Below are positions 42,291 through 52,605 of a DNA stretch of 64,000 bases, piece by piece (within the stretch, counting starts at the first letter, position 1; the number at the start of each line of letters is the position of its first letter). Position numbers and translations under genes: made by a program. The notes under the pieces were generated by a model. That model was not told the origin of the DNA and did no database searches. It saw nothing but the letters and a program-made list of their open reading frames with translations. Source of the DNA: a virus. The stretch is taken from IMG/VR virus record IMGVR_UViG_3300045988_111022, one strand, 5' to 3'.

Positions 42291-43337
42291 ATGACCATTG
42301 ACCAAATCATCAAGGTCGATATTGCCATTTCGGAAGCAATGGCAATCGACGGCGGCTATGACACCATTCTTATCATCGGCCCCCTGCCGAAAACTCCCGG
42401 CGGTCATATGACTCCCGATGTTGCTGGTTATACCGGTACGCAGGATCTGAAGAGTGCCGGCTTCTCGACGGACGACCCGGTTTATATCGCCGCATCCAAG
42501 GTCTTTGCCCAGTCGCCCAAAGCTACCATGGTGATGGTGGCTGTTCAGAAGACAACTTCCGGATCGGCGGAAAAGGTAGATGTTACTCTTGACCGCGCAA
42601 AGGCGGTTCCGGGCTGGTACTGCATCTGTCCGGCAGGCATCAAGGAGGATTTTTACCAGAGCATTGCAGACTGGACGGAATCCAATGAGAAGTTCTGCGT
42701 CTGTGAGACTACGGGAATTTCCGCATCGCCTGTCTCCGATGCGATGTTCCGCACGGCCGTCATTCATGCAACGAAAGAAAACGACTGCGTGAATGCGGCA
42801 TATGCGGCCAAGTTCTTGTCGTATGAGCCGGGCAGCGAACTGTGGGCGTATAAGTCCCTCAGCATGGTCGAGGCGCAGAGCCTGTCCACCACGGACATCG
42901 CCAGCTTGGAAAGCCGCAATGTCTCGTACTACACCACCATCGGCAGTCAGGCAATGGTACAGGGCGGCAAGGTGTCCGCAGGCGAGTGGATTGATACTAT
43001 TCGCTTCCGTGACTGGCTCAAGACTCAGATTCAGCAGAATGTTATCAATTTGATGCTGTCTTTGCCCAAGGTTCCTTATACGGATCCCGGTATCGGGCTG
43101 GTTCAGAATGCCGTGACTGCGGCGTTGGATGCAGGCGTGGAAGCGGGTGGCATCGCACGGCCGTCTAGCGACGAAGCAACTGGAACTATTACCCCGTCCT
43201 ATACCATTACCGTTCCGAAAGCTGCAGAGCTGGATGCGGCAACACGCAAGACCCGCGTGCTGCCGAAAGTGAAGTGGTCGGCACAGTTGGCTGGTGCGCT
43301 GATTGCAACGGAAATTGGCGGTACGTTGAACTATTAA
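42291..43337 (+). CDS. Tail sheath protein (DUF3383 family)
   Basis: 348 aa. ...DTILIIGP...AAYAAKFLSYEPGS..WAYK.L......YYT.IG...GG.VS.GEWID.IRF.DWL pattern. Followed by the tube gene. Confidence 0.7.
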   Translation: MTIDQIIKVDIAISEAMAIDGGYDTILIIGPLPKTPGGHMTPDVAGYTGTQDLKSAGFSTDDPVYIAASKVFAQSPKATMVMVAVQKTTSGSAEKVDVTLDRAKAVPGWYCICPAGIKEDFYQSIADWTESNEKFCVCETTGISASPVSDAMFRTAVIHATKENDCVNAAYAAKFLSYEPGSELWAYKSLSMVEAQSLSTTDIASLESRNVSYYTTIGSQAMVQGGKVSAGEWIDTIRFRDWLKTQIQQNVINLMLSLPKVPYTDPGIGLVQNAVTAALDAGVEAGGIARPSSDEATGTITPSYTITVPKAAELDAATRKTRVLPKVKWSAQLAGALIATEIGGTLNY

Positions 43338-43356
43338 GCGAAAGGAGATGTGTTAA

Positions 43357-43782
43357 ATGGCTCGTGCCGATGTTCACGTTTATTCTTTTAAGAATGTCAT
43401 CTGCGCAATCGGCTCCCATATGCCGAGCGGCTTTGCAGGTGATAACTGTATCACTATTACGCCGCAGGGTGACGGTATCACCGATGAGGCGGGCGCCGAT
43501 GGCGAAGTCGTAGTCTCCAACTCCGATGACCCTCGCTATGAAGTTAAGATGATTTTTGTGTATGGTTCCAAGTCAAACGCAGTTCTGCGTAAACTCTACA
43601 ACCTGCAAAAGCAGTCCTCTGGAGGCTATTTCTTCCCGCTGATGATTCGTGATTTGGGAGATAACCCCCAGTTTACGGCATCTAAGGCATGGGTGTCCAA
43701 GCCCGCGCCCATCATGTACGGCGCAAAAGGCGGCAATCAGGAGTGGACCATCCGGTGTGTGGGCGAGTTTGCCCCGGAATAA
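43357..43782 (+). CDS. Tail tube protein (DUF3277 family)
   Basis: MARADVHVYSFKNVICAIGSHMPSGFAGDNCITITP...YEVKMIF. Confidence 0.65.
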   Translation: MARADVHVYSFKNVICAIGSHMPSGFAGDNCITITPQGDGITDEAGADGEVVVSNSDDPRYEVKMIFVYGSKSNAVLRKLYNLQKQSSGGYFFPLMIRDLGDNPQFTASKAWVSKPAPIMYGAKGGNQEWTIRCVGEFAPE

Positions 43783-43799
43783 GGAAAGGATGATGTAAC

Positions 43800-44333
43800 A
43801 TGAAAATGAAACGGATGGAGATGCGCGATGTCTCCATTGGCGAATACCAGTTCAAGATTCGCCCGTTTGGAGCTAAAGACGCCCTCTATATTTTTGGTGA
43901 CGTGGCATCTATTCTCCTGCCCATCCTCGGCTCTGTGGCTGTGGCAAGCGATGATAAGGATGCCGTTGAAATGGAAATGTTCGACGGTGTGGATTTGGAC
44001 ACGGAATCCTTGACGAAAGCGCTGGGACGCATTAACGGAAAAGCGCTTTCTAAACTGGTTTCTGAGCTTATCATGGAGCACAGCAATGTGAGCTATCGAG
44101 ACCCGGACAGAGGGTCTTATCAGCCTGTCACTGAGGATGAGTTCGATGAGATTTTCTGCCAGTACCTTGCAGGAGTGTTCTCGCTTTGCGCTGAGATTAT
44201 CAAACTGAATTTCAGCGGTTTTTTCAAAGATGCGAGCACCCTCTTTGGAGGCCTTATCAAAGTGCGCCGGGGGGATCGCTCGAAGAATACGGAGAATTCG
44301 ACAACGAACGAGTTACAGACCTCGAATGGGTAA
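43800..44333 (+). CDS. Tail assembly chaperone (0-frame product)
   Basis: Sits between the tube and tape-measure genes. 177 aa. Confidence 0.65.
   Translation: MKMKRMEMRDVSIGEYQFKIRPFGAKDALYIFGDVASILLPILGSVAVASDDKDAVEMEMFDGVDLDTESLTKALGRINGKALSKLVSELIMEHSNVSYRDPDRGSYQPVTEDEFDEIFCQYLAGVFSLCAEIIKLNFSGFFKDASTLFGGLIKVRRGDRSKNTENSTTNELQTSNG
44219..44225 (+). promoter_or_regulatory. Candidate -1 programmed frameshift heptamer T_TTT_TTC
   Basis: 0-frame codons are GGT TTT TTC. The -1 frame is open from ~44193 to the stop at 44480-44482. Confidence 0.5.
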
Positions 44334-44482
44334 TGTATACCCTAATTCGTGAACGGGTCGCATCCATGTATGAGCTGACCTATGTTTACAATCTGGATGA
44401 GATGCTGAAGCTGTATGACCTGATTATGATGCAGCGCGACATTGAGTACAGTAGGAGCCAAAAAGAGAGAGGGGGTGAGTAA
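44333..44482 (+). CDS. Tail chaperone -1 frame extension (or independent 49-aa ORF)
   Basis: TAATG overlap. MYTLIRERVASMYELTYVYNLDEMLKLYDLIMMQRDIEYSRSQKERGGE. Ends 1 nt before the tape-measure start. Confidence 0.55.
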   Translation: MYTLIRERVASMYELTYVYNLDEMLKLYDLIMMQRDIEYSRSQKERGGE

Positions 44483-46390
44483 GTGCCAGCGGCAAGAGAG
44501 ACGGTCATCGGAAAGTTTGTAAACCAGATTCTGTTCAAAGTTGATAAAAGCTCCATCAACGAGGCGAAAAGCGCCATTGGTGAGGTGAAAAGCTTTGCGG
44601 CTAAGGCTCTTGGCGTCATCGGAATTGGATTCTCTTTTACGCAGCTGAGCAGCATAGCAGAAGAATTTGGCGGCATTAACGATGTAATTCGCGGAGCAAC
44701 CCGCGAGTTGGGAGACCAAGCGGAAATCCAGCAAAAGATTCTGCAAGGGGCTCAGGATTGCCGTGAAGAATACGGGGTTATGGCGGGGGACGTGACAAAG
44801 CTGGTGCAGCTGAACAGCAAACTGTTCCCGGTTGATGATGCCGTAAAGTTTGTTTCGCTTGTCGAAAAACTGGAAAAGGGATCCGGCAGAGAGACGAATC
44901 TTGACAGCACCATGAGCGTGCTGCAAAAGGCCATCTCTTCGGGCAAGCTGGACAAGTCTGGCTTTTCCAACTTAAAGACAGCAGCCCCAGAGGTTGTAAA
45001 AGCCATTTCGTCTGCAATGGGGGTGTCCGAAAAGCAACTTCAAAATCTGGCAGAGAGCGGAAAACTTTCCGCAAAGCAACTGAAAGAAGCGTTTTTCGCG
45101 GCGGAAAGTGACATTCAAAAGAACTTTGATGAACTTGGCTTTGGAATTGGAGACGCTCTTACCTATGCCAGAAATCAGTGGGGACTTTGGATTGCGAGCA
45201 TGGACGATATGCTCAATATCACGACCCGCATTGGAACCGAAATAAAAAATATAAGTGATTTTCTGATAGGGAAAGCACAAAAATTCACATCGTGGCTCAA
45301 GAGTGTTTCGGATAAGCTGGGCGGCGTGGAACAGCTACTGAAGTTAATTGCGCTGGCAGCGACGGCACTTTTTCTCGCAACAAACGGGAATAAGGTGCTG
45401 TCGTTCCTTGGCGGGGCCGTAAAGTTGCTAAAAGGATTTAATGTCCAAACGGCGCTCGCAGCCGCAAAATGGCTTCTGTTGTTCCTTGTGCTGGAAGATG
45501 TTTTTACTTTCCTGCAAGGCGGAGACAGCGTTTTTGGGCGACTCTTAAGCGATGCTGGCGTGGATGTCGATGCGCTCAGAGAAAAAATCTCGAATTTCTT
45601 CTCTGATGCAAAACAATTCGGAAAAAATGCCCTTGATAGTCTGAAGCAATTCTGGAGTGAGCACGGCGATAACGTGCTTGCAGTTCTGCAATGGCTGTGG
45701 CAGGGATGCGTTGACCTGACGGCGGATATTGTTACTTTGGGTGGCCACTTGTTCGACCTTCTGGGCGGTCTTATCACTGGATTTCAGACAGGAGATTGGA
45801 CACAGTTTCTTCAAGGTTGCAAAGAGCTGTGGCAAGATTTTCTCGATATTTTGAACGGCATTGGACGAGCAGTTTTTGGTGAGCTGTGGGATCCGTTGGT
45901 GGGTTCCATGAACGACGCATGGAATCTGCTGAAAGGATTCTTTAGCTGGTTTGGAGACAAAATTCAGTGGGCGAGAAATCTCTGGAGTGGCGTTAAAGAA
46001 TTCTTTAATGGTGCTGATTCTGATGACGAAGCGGGTGATAGCCAATCTGTAAAGCCAAAAGGTTCTGGAAGGGCAACTGGCGCAGGAACGGAAAGAAGAC
46101 CTGCCAACAACACAGGAAATCCCGCGAAAAGCACGAACACGGAAGCAAATCGGAAAGCCACGAATGCCTTTATTTCTGGAGGCCGTCCAGTGTCTACCAG
46201 AACAGCGGCGCAGAAGCCTATATCCCAGACCACCAACAATAAGTCAATCAACGTGAAGCAGGAAAATAAGCAGCAGTACACATTCCAAGTCACGGAAAGA
46301 GCTGCTGCTGACCGTTTGAGTACTACGGTTCGTTCGCAGGAAACGCAGTCCACGGATGAATTGGCGAGAGCGTTGAATTACGGGAGGTGA
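44483..46390 (+). CDS. Tail tape measure protein
   Basis: 635 aa (GTG start), helical and repeat-rich with hydrophobic central segments. Canonical position. Confidence 0.85.
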   Translation: MPAARETVIGKFVNQILFKVDKSSINEAKSAIGEVKSFAAKALGVIGIGFSFTQLSSIAEEFGGINDVIRGATRELGDQAEIQQKILQGAQDCREEYGVMAGDVTKLVQLNSKLFPVDDAVKFVSLVEKLEKGSGRETNLDSTMSVLQKAISSGKLDKSGFSNLKTAAPEVVKAISSAMGVSEKQLQNLAESGKLSAKQLKEAFFAAESDIQKNFDELGFGIGDALTYARNQWGLWIASMDDMLNITTRIGTEIKNISDFLIGKAQKFTSWLKSVSDKLGGVEQLLKLIALAATALFLATNGNKVLSFLGGAVKLLKGFNVQTALAAAKWLLLFLVLEDVFTFLQGGDSVFGRLLSDAGVDVDALREKISNFFSDAKQFGKNALDSLKQFWSEHGDNVLAVLQWLWQGCVDLTADIVTLGGHLFDLLGGLITGFQTGDWTQFLQGCKELWQDFLDILNGIGRAVFGELWDPLVGSMNDAWNLLKGFFSWFGDKIQWARNLWSGVKEFFNGADSDDEAGDSQSVKPKGSGRATGAGTERRPANNTGNPAKSTNTEANRKATNAFISGGRPVSTRTAAQKPISQTTNNKSINVKQENKQQYTFQVTERAAADRLSTTVRSQETQSTDELARALNYGR

Positions 46391-46396
46391 TGCGCT

Positions 46397-46966
46397 GTGC
46401 TGGCAAAGCAACCTGCATCCCTCGGCGGATTTGAGTTCGATGCAATCGTCAAAAGGTCAGAAACGATGACCTGTGATGTGCCGGAGTATGCAACAGAGGA
46501 AGGATACTCCATTACGGACAACATCTGCCTAAAACCCCGTGAGCTGGAAATCGAAGCTATCATCACCAATAGCCCTGTCACATGGGCTGAGCAACACGCG
46601 GCATCATCGAGCCGTGTTGAGACGATGGTTGAAGAACTTCGCCAGCTGTGGCTGAAAAAGACTCCGGTTTCGTTTACCGCGGCTGGCGACAGCTACGAAA
46701 ATATGTGCATCACGAGCATTACCGCCCCTCGAACGGTTGAGGACGGCAGTAGTACCCGGCTGACCATCAAGCTGAAGCAAGCGTCTATCAACTCCACCGA
46801 TATGGCAAATATCAGCGTGAAGTACATTCGCGGAGGAACATCTAAGAAAAACACGGGCGCTGGACAAAAAAGCTCATCGTCTACATCTGGCACCCAGAAG
46901 GACGAAAAGGCCACAAAATCCAGCATTTTGTGTTCTGGCGCAAAAGCTATTGGCCTTTTCAAGTGA
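46397..46966 (+). CDS. Tail/baseplate protein (Mu gp43-position)
   Basis: GTG start after GGGAGGTGA. 189 aa. Confidence 0.5.
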   Translation: MLAKQPASLGGFEFDAIVKRSETMTCDVPEYATEEGYSITDNICLKPRELEIEAIITNSPVTWAEQHAASSSRVETMVEELRQLWLKKTPVSFTAAGDSYENMCITSITAPRTVEDGSSTRLTIKLKQASINSTDMANISVKYIRGGTSKKNTGAGQKSSSSTSGTQKDEKATKSSILCSGAKAIGLFK

Positions 46967-46975
46967 GGTGTGCAA

Positions 46976-47302
46976 ATGGAATACTACGAGATTTCCGTGC
47001 CGGATCGCAATGATTCGGTGATGCGCGTAAACCTTGACGGCACATACTACTACCTCCGGGTTACATGGAACGCTTACGGAGAATTTTGGATGCTGAGTAT
47101 CTACGATGCAGATATGCAGATGAAAATCGGCATGGCAAAGCTCGTGCCGGGAGCGATCTGGAACTTCTACTATCTCAACTCGAACGGTCCGCCGGGAATC
47201 CTTGGCGTTCAAACAGACAAGGAACGCATCGGCAGGCAAGATTTCGTTGATGCGGTGGCTCACCTGTACTATCTGCCGGCTGAACAGATGGGGGTGCAGT
47301 GA
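46976..47302 (+). CDS. Hypothetical baseplate-module protein
   Basis: ATG at 46976, 6 nt after GAGGTG. Confidence 0.5.
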   Translation: MEYYEISVPDRNDSVMRVNLDGTYYYLRVTWNAYGEFWMLSIYDADMQMKIGMAKLVPGAIWNFYYLNSNGPPGILGVQTDKERIGRQDFVDAVAHLYYLPAEQMGVQ

Positions 47303-48180
47303 TGGAAGAATTTGGCCGTCAGTACAGAGTACGAATCGGAAAGAACAACTCCACGGGCCGAGAACTCGGCAAGCCAAATGAGGCAACGGGCAGAGCGCTT
47401 CGGTGTCAATTCTCCTGCGAAGTTGGTGACAGCTCAAGTTCCAACACCGGAAAAATTACGTTGTGGAACTTGGCAGATGAGACCCTGCGCCTGTTGGAAC
47501 AAGAGGATTGCTTGATTGAGCTGAGTGCAGGGTACAAGGACGACCTGCCCACGATAATGGGCGGAACTCTGACGTACTTTGAAACTGAGCAGAGTGGCGC
47601 AGATCAGCAAACTACAATAGAGTTTGTGGATAGCTTTACATCGTGCCGAGACAACACAGTAAGCCTCAGCTATTCCGGCACGGTTTCAGGAGATAAAATC
47701 GTGCGCGACGCGGCGCAGATTATGGGTTGTGAGGTTAAATTCTCCAAGTCTGCTAAGTTGATAGACTTCACGAATTTTGCGTTTGTAGGGGCAGGAAAAA
47801 CTTTGATTGAAAGGGTTTGCAACCGCAGCAAAATGCGCTGGAGCCTGCAAAACGGAATTGTCCAAATCTGCGCATTGGACGAGCCAATAACAATGGCCGC
47901 TTATGTGTTGTCCGCAAGCACGGGCCTTATCGGTTCCCCGAAGCCTGTCTTTGAGTCTGCATCTACGAGCGATAAAAAGAGCAGCAATGCTTCCAAGCGC
48001 AAGGCGAAAAAGGGCATCGAAGTCACCTATGTACTTAATGGCCATATCCAAGTGGACGATTATGTAAAAATTGACTCAAAATCGTACAAAGGCAATTATA
48101 GAGCGTCCAAAATTAAATTTACCGGCGACACAGAGGGCGACGACTGGAAATGTGTAGCGCTGTTTGTGGAGGTGAAGTGA
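47299..48180 (+). CDS. Baseplate hub protein (Mu gp44 / gpD-like position)
   Basis: 293 aa. ATGA overlap with the previous gene. Sits upstream of the spike gene. Confidence 0.55.
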   Translation: MMEEFGRQYRVRIGKNNSTGRELGKPNEATGRALRCQFSCEVGDSSSSNTGKITLWNLADETLRLLEQEDCLIELSAGYKDDLPTIMGGTLTYFETEQSGADQQTTIEFVDSFTSCRDNTVSLSYSGTVSGDKIVRDAAQIMGCEVKFSKSAKLIDFTNFAFVGAGKTLIERVCNRSKMRWSLQNGIVQICALDEPITMAAYVLSASTGLIGSPKPVFESASTSDKKSSNASKRKAKKGIEVTYVLNGHIQVDDYVKIDSKSYKGNYRASKIKFTGDTEGDDWKCVALFVEVK

Positions 48181-48181
48181 T

Positions 48182-48877
48182 ATGAAACAGGACTTCCTTG
48201 ATGCAGTATCTTCCCTTGTTGGGCGGCTGATGGAAGATTCGATTCATACATCTGCACCCTCCAAGGTCGGAAAGGTAGAGAATAACCATACTGCAAAGCT
48301 TACCCCGAACCTCAAGGTGACGACAGATGATGGCCGAGAAGTTCCTTACCCGGAAATATCAGGCACTATCATTCTGATGCCCTGTGGAGCAGGTGGGACG
48401 GTTGGTTTTGCCTTTCCGGTGAAGTCGGATGACGGGTGCCTTGCTCTCTTCAACGAGGGCGGCTCAGGAACAGACCTCAAATGGGATCTTTCGAATGCAG
48501 CTTTGCTTCCGGGCCTTTACCAGTCGCCGGGTGAGCAGGTAAAAAAGGCCGGGAGCGAAGAAGCGGCCATCATGTTTGCGCCGAGCTCTACTATCACGGT
48601 CACGAAAGACAAAATCGAAATCAAAAAGGATGATACCAAAATTACGGTGACATCTGATTCCATAAAGATGGAAAAAGGCAGCACGACTGTTACAGCATCA
48701 ACTTCGAGTGTTGATGTGGTGTCTCCGAGTTTGAGCATCAAGGGAAACACCAAGGTGAATGGCAATATCTCGGTGACGGGAAACGTGACAATTTCCGGCA
48801 CATTGACGCTCGGCGGAATTGTGATGAATACGCACACGCACGCCGGCGTGCATGGACAAACTGGAGGACCTGTATAA
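48182..48877 (+). CDS. Baseplate central spike (gpV / Gp138-N-like)
   Basis: C-terminal beta-helix repeats and ...GGIVMNTHTHAGVHGQTGGP, a typical spike tip. Confidence 0.7.
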   Translation: MKQDFLDAVSSLVGRLMEDSIHTSAPSKVGKVENNHTAKLTPNLKVTTDDGREVPYPEISGTIILMPCGAGGTVGFAFPVKSDDGCLALFNEGGSGTDLKWDLSNAALLPGLYQSPGEQVKKAGSEEAAIMFAPSSTITVTKDKIEIKKDDTKITVTSDSIKMEKGSTTVTASTSSVDVVSPSLSIKGNTKVNGNISVTGNVTISGTLTLGGIVMNTHTHAGVHGQTGGPV

Positions 48878-49254
48878 TGGCTTTAAGAGACCTTGCGCTC
48901 TCCAAAAGCGGAGACCTGCTGATAAACGAGAGCGGAGATTTTACAATCATCGACTCGGTTCGACAGGGCATCCAAATCAAATTGAGGTGGATCAAGGGCG
49001 AGTGGGTCTTTAATCCTGAGATGGGCGTTCCTTATTTTGAATCGATTTTAGTGAAGACGCCAAACCGAGCGCTTATCGAAAAAACGCTGCGTGACCAGAT
49101 TTTAAGCGTGTCTGGAGTTACAAGCGTTGGCTCGATAAACCTTGTGATGAATAAGAAAAAACGAACTCTCTCTGCAAAATTTACCGCAAAAACGATAGAG
49201 GGAGTGCTGGAAAGCGAGGTGAACCTTTCGCATGGAATACGGAATAACGGCTAA
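48877..49254 (+). CDS. Baseplate wedge protein (gpW/gp25-like)
   Basis: DLALSKSGDLLINESGDFTIIDSVRQGIQIKLRWIKGEWVFNPEMGVPYF. Confidence 0.6.
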   Translation: MALRDLALSKSGDLLINESGDFTIIDSVRQGIQIKLRWIKGEWVFNPEMGVPYFESILVKTPNRALIEKTLRDQILSVSGVTSVGSINLVMNKKKRTLSAKFTAKTIEGVLESEVNLSHGIRNNG

Positions 49255-50743
49255 TGGATTTTCGATGCGGCGACTGGATGAAATTTATAATGCTTCCTGT
49301 AAGAGATTTGAGGATGAAATTGGAGTGAATCCGTCCGAGAATCCGCAAAGTGTTATGAATGTGCTTTTTACAATTTTTTCTGATGCCCCGGCGGAAATGT
49401 GGGAAGCGTTTGCGGCAAGTTATCAGCAACTCTATCCGAACACTGCGGAGGGGATTGCACTGGATAATGCTATGCAGATCGGAGGTGTCAACCGCATTGG
49501 ACAGGCACGCACAAAGTATACGTTGTCCTGCACTGGGCGAGAGGGAACGATAATTCCTGCAGGTGCGCTGGTTCAGTCGAGTACGTATCCACAACGTCAA
49601 TTCCGAGCCAAAGGCGTATCCACGATTTCAAGTGCAAACTGGAAAAGAATTGGAATCCGACCAATCGAGAGCGTGAGTGGAACGATTACGTTTGAATTTG
49701 GCGTGTCCAGAAATGCGACTTCGGGTGAAGTTGGCAGCTATTCCGAGTCGGCCAGCATCACAAAACAGCTTTCGGTGAGTTCGTACAGTGATGCTTACAC
49801 AAAAATCCTGGCAGAGCTTCAGAAATTCGATGCGCTCACCAAGTTTGGCATCAAAGTCGAAGATTCCGCGGATGAACAGGGAAAGCATACGATTGTGCTG
49901 TCGGCCTCTGGCGCGGCCGACAGCTTTTCTGCATCTCTTTGCAGGTACATTACGGTTGTTGACGTGACCAGCAACATCCTTTTTGAGAGCGTCGAATACG
50001 GAAACTATGTGCAGGCAGATAAGACCATCGACCAAATCGTGACTTCTGTTGACGGCTGGGACTCCTGCATAAATGAAATTCCACCCATAAAGGGCAGATT
50101 GACACAGAAAGACTCTGAGGCTCGTGCTAGTTATACTAATCGCGTGGCAAGCCGCGGTACAGGAACAGTCAATGCTATTGTGTCATTGCTTTATAGTGAT
50201 GTTGAGGGTGTGACATTCGCCGCGGGCTATCAAAATGACAACGACGAGAAAGATACGGCTGGGCGCCCGCCACACTGCATTGAGATAATCGTGCAAGGTG
50301 GTTTGGATGAGGACGTTTCGGATATTATCTGGAAAAATAAGCCCGGTGGAATTCGAGCATACGGAAGTCATTACGCATATGCTACAGATATAAATGGAAT
50401 TCGGCAGTATGTCGAATTTACACGTGTCAAGGATGTCTATTTGCTTCTGTCTGTTAAGGTCACGAGCAATGATGAACTGGATGCAGATTTTGAGACTAGA
50501 ATCAAGTCACTGCTAATGGCGGAAAAACTCTTGGTGGGATCTCCTATTCGATTGCAAAAGTTTATTAGACCCATTATAGAGAATGTGTCTGGCGTTGATT
50601 ATATCGAAATTCGAGGAATTCTTTCGGAAAAGCAGGATATTGAAGATGTAGAGGACGGTGCTATGCTTACAGGGGCTGTTCCGGTCAGCATCAGCCAGCA
50701 ACCAGTTGTTACAATGGATGGAATTCGGGTGGTAAAAGCATGA
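49232..50743 (+). CDS. Baseplate J-like protein
   Basis: 503 aa. ...LYPNTAEGIALDNAMQIGGVNR...A...L...G..GT.IPAG is the Baseplate_J pattern. Confidence 0.75.
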   Translation: MEYGITANGFSMRRLDEIYNASCKRFEDEIGVNPSENPQSVMNVLFTIFSDAPAEMWEAFAASYQQLYPNTAEGIALDNAMQIGGVNRIGQARTKYTLSCTGREGTIIPAGALVQSSTYPQRQFRAKGVSTISSANWKRIGIRPIESVSGTITFEFGVSRNATSGEVGSYSESASITKQLSVSSYSDAYTKILAELQKFDALTKFGIKVEDSADEQGKHTIVLSASGAADSFSASLCRYITVVDVTSNILFESVEYGNYVQADKTIDQIVTSVDGWDSCINEIPPIKGRLTQKDSEARASYTNRVASRGTGTVNAIVSLLYSDVEGVTFAAGYQNDNDEKDTAGRPPHCIEIIVQGGLDEDVSDIIWKNKPGGIRAYGSHYAYATDINGIRQYVEFTRVKDVYLLLSVKVTSNDELDADFETRIKSLLMAEKLLVGSPIRLQKFIRPIIENVSGVDYIEIRGILSEKQDIEDVEDGAMLTGAVPVSISQQPVVTMDGIRVVKA

Positions 50744-50985
50744 TTTCAGCCTATAAAGAGCTGTATGCCAAACTCCCAACGCAATTTCAGCTTGAATCGT
50801 ATGAGGAAAGCTGTCTGGGCGACTATGTGTGCGATACACAGGAAGATTTGAAAAATCTTCCTAACAACTGCACGATGGGGAGTACTGCAAGAGTGATTAG
50901 TCCTCTGGCTGTCTATAAAAGGAACTCTACGGGAAAATGGGTTCTGCAAGAGACGATAAACGGGGAGCAAAGCGATGGCAGTTGA
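50740..50985 (+). CDS. Small fibre-associated protein (81 aa)
   Basis: ATGA overlap with the previous gene. Motif DTQEDLKNLP...GSTARV...G.WV is shared with the N-terminus of 55968-56873. Confidence 0.5.
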   Translation: MISAYKELYAKLPTQFQLESYEESCLGDYVCDTQEDLKNLPNNCTMGSTARVISPLAVYKRNSTGKWVLQETINGEQSDGS

Positions 50986-51556
50986 GACATTGAACGAAAA
51001 AACAATTAAAGTGGAAAAAATGTCTGTACTCGACGGAGTTGTTTGGGCATTTGCCCCTGAGTATGAGTACTTGTCTGCGGCACTGGAAGGATTTGAGTGG
51101 ATTAACAACATTGATATATGCAATGGCGTTTTACTTGACCGAATCGGCCAGTTGGTATGCCTTACTCGTCAGCAGGCTGGGACGATGATTGGAAGCCGCG
51201 AATTGGCAGACAACGATGATGTTTATCGCATTTGCTTGAAGTACAAAGCTTATGTTAATTCATGTCATTGCACACCGGATGAAATAATCGAGGCCACTAT
51301 GATTATTTTTGATGCAACAGAGGTCGTTTATAGTGAGCGACGTGACATCCCGGCAACAATTTACCTTTCAGTTTCGGCGCCATTCTCCGATTTGGTTCTG
51401 GCGATTCTTGGCACACATGACTTGGTGGTACATCCTGCTGGAGTGAAGGTCAGAATTAACTGCTCAACTGAAGACGCAGAGACATTTGGTTTCACAGACT
51501 TGAATCCGCGAGTTGCTGGATTTGGTAAAGGAATATTTGCCCAATCAATCAATTAA
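50975..51556 (+). CDS. Baseplate protein (gpI / DUF2313-like position)
   Basis: 193 aa. Follows the J-like protein, as in Mu/P2 baseplates. Confidence 0.5.
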   Translation: MAVETLNEKTIKVEKMSVLDGVVWAFAPEYEYLSAALEGFEWINNIDICNGVLLDRIGQLVCLTRQQAGTMIGSRELADNDDVYRICLKYKAYVNSCHCTPDEIIEATMIIFDATEVVYSERRDIPATIYLSVSAPFSDLVLAILGTHDLVVHPAGVKVRINCSTEDAETFGFTDLNPRVAGFGKGIFAQSIN

Positions 51557-51570
51557 CAGGGGGTGATTCT

Positions 51571-52605
51571 ATGGCGGATGCACGTTCGGGAGCGGAACTG
51601 GCCGACTATTCCAAGGTGGCATTTTCGGTTGGGGGCGTTCGGCAGGAAATTTCGATTGACGATTGGCGAAATGGATGGGCCGCAATCGTTGGCGGCTTGA
51701 ACGGAAAACCGACAAGTCAACAGTTTAACATGGTGTTCTATATTCTGTCTGTGTTGCTAAATCAGAACATTTCGGATGTTTCGGCGGTTAAGAGTACGGC
51801 AAACGCAGCATTGCCGAAAGAAAGCTTTACGGCGGAACAGATTGTGGCGCTGCTTTCTGAGTATGGGCGTATGTCTGGATGCAATGCAGATATGCTGGAC
51901 GGAAAGCACGCGGACGCATTTGCTGCGGATAAGCACAGCCATTCGGCAAGTGACATTACAAGCGGGAATTTGCCGATTGAACGCGGCGGTACTGGCGCTG
52001 GCACCTCTGCTGATGCGTGTCGTGCTCTTGGCGCTATGCGGAACACAGGCGGTACCTTTACGGGAACGGTCTATTTTGCAAATGGCACAGCGCACTACGT
52101 CAGCTCTGCGGGAGATGCGCATTTTAGATCGGTGACTGCGAGCGAGGACATTCATGCAAAACGAGTGTTTGAAGCGGTCTACAACGACTACGCGGAGCTG
52201 ATGCCCCGCGGCGAGGACACCGAACCGGGTGATATTATTGCGCTGGATACTAACAGCCGGCAAGAAAAATATGTCAAAGCAACCAATCTTTCGAGCCGGA
52301 TTGCTGGAATCCATTCGGACGAATACGGAATGCTGATCGGCGGAGAGCGGGTCAATGATGGGGAGGATTTCTTGAAAAAGAATCTTCCCCGTTTTATTCC
52401 TGTTTCGCTTGCCGGACGTGTCCACACAAAGGTCATTGGCCCGGTAAACACGGGAGACTGCATTGTGCTTTCCCATATTCCGGGGGTTGGCCGTGCGGCA
52501 AAACCGTGTGAATATGTTGACCCGTGCAAAGTGGTTGGTTATGCGGTTGAGGGTGACAATTTGACTGAACAGCGTCGGCTTAAAGTCAGAGTGAGAGGTG
52601 CTTAA
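51571..52605 (+). CDS. Tail fibre protein
   Basis: ADMLDGKHADAFAADKHSHSASDITSGNLPIERGGTGAGT is a signature fibre motif. The C-terminal domain has a GD.I pattern. Confidence 0.75.
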   Translation: MADARSGAELADYSKVAFSVGGVRQEISIDDWRNGWAAIVGGLNGKPTSQQFNMVFYILSVLLNQNISDVSAVKSTANAALPKESFTAEQIVALLSEYGRMSGCNADMLDGKHADAFAADKHSHSASDITSGNLPIERGGTGAGTSADACRALGAMRNTGGTFTGTVYFANGTAHYVSSAGDAHFRSVTASEDIHAKRVFEAVYNDYAELMPRGEDTEPGDIIALDTNSRQEKYVKATNLSSRIAGIHSDEYGMLIGGERVNDGEDFLKKNLPRFIPVSLAGRVHTKVIGPVNTGDCIVLSHIPGVGRAAKPCEYVDPCKVVGYAVEGDNLTEQRRLKVRVRGA

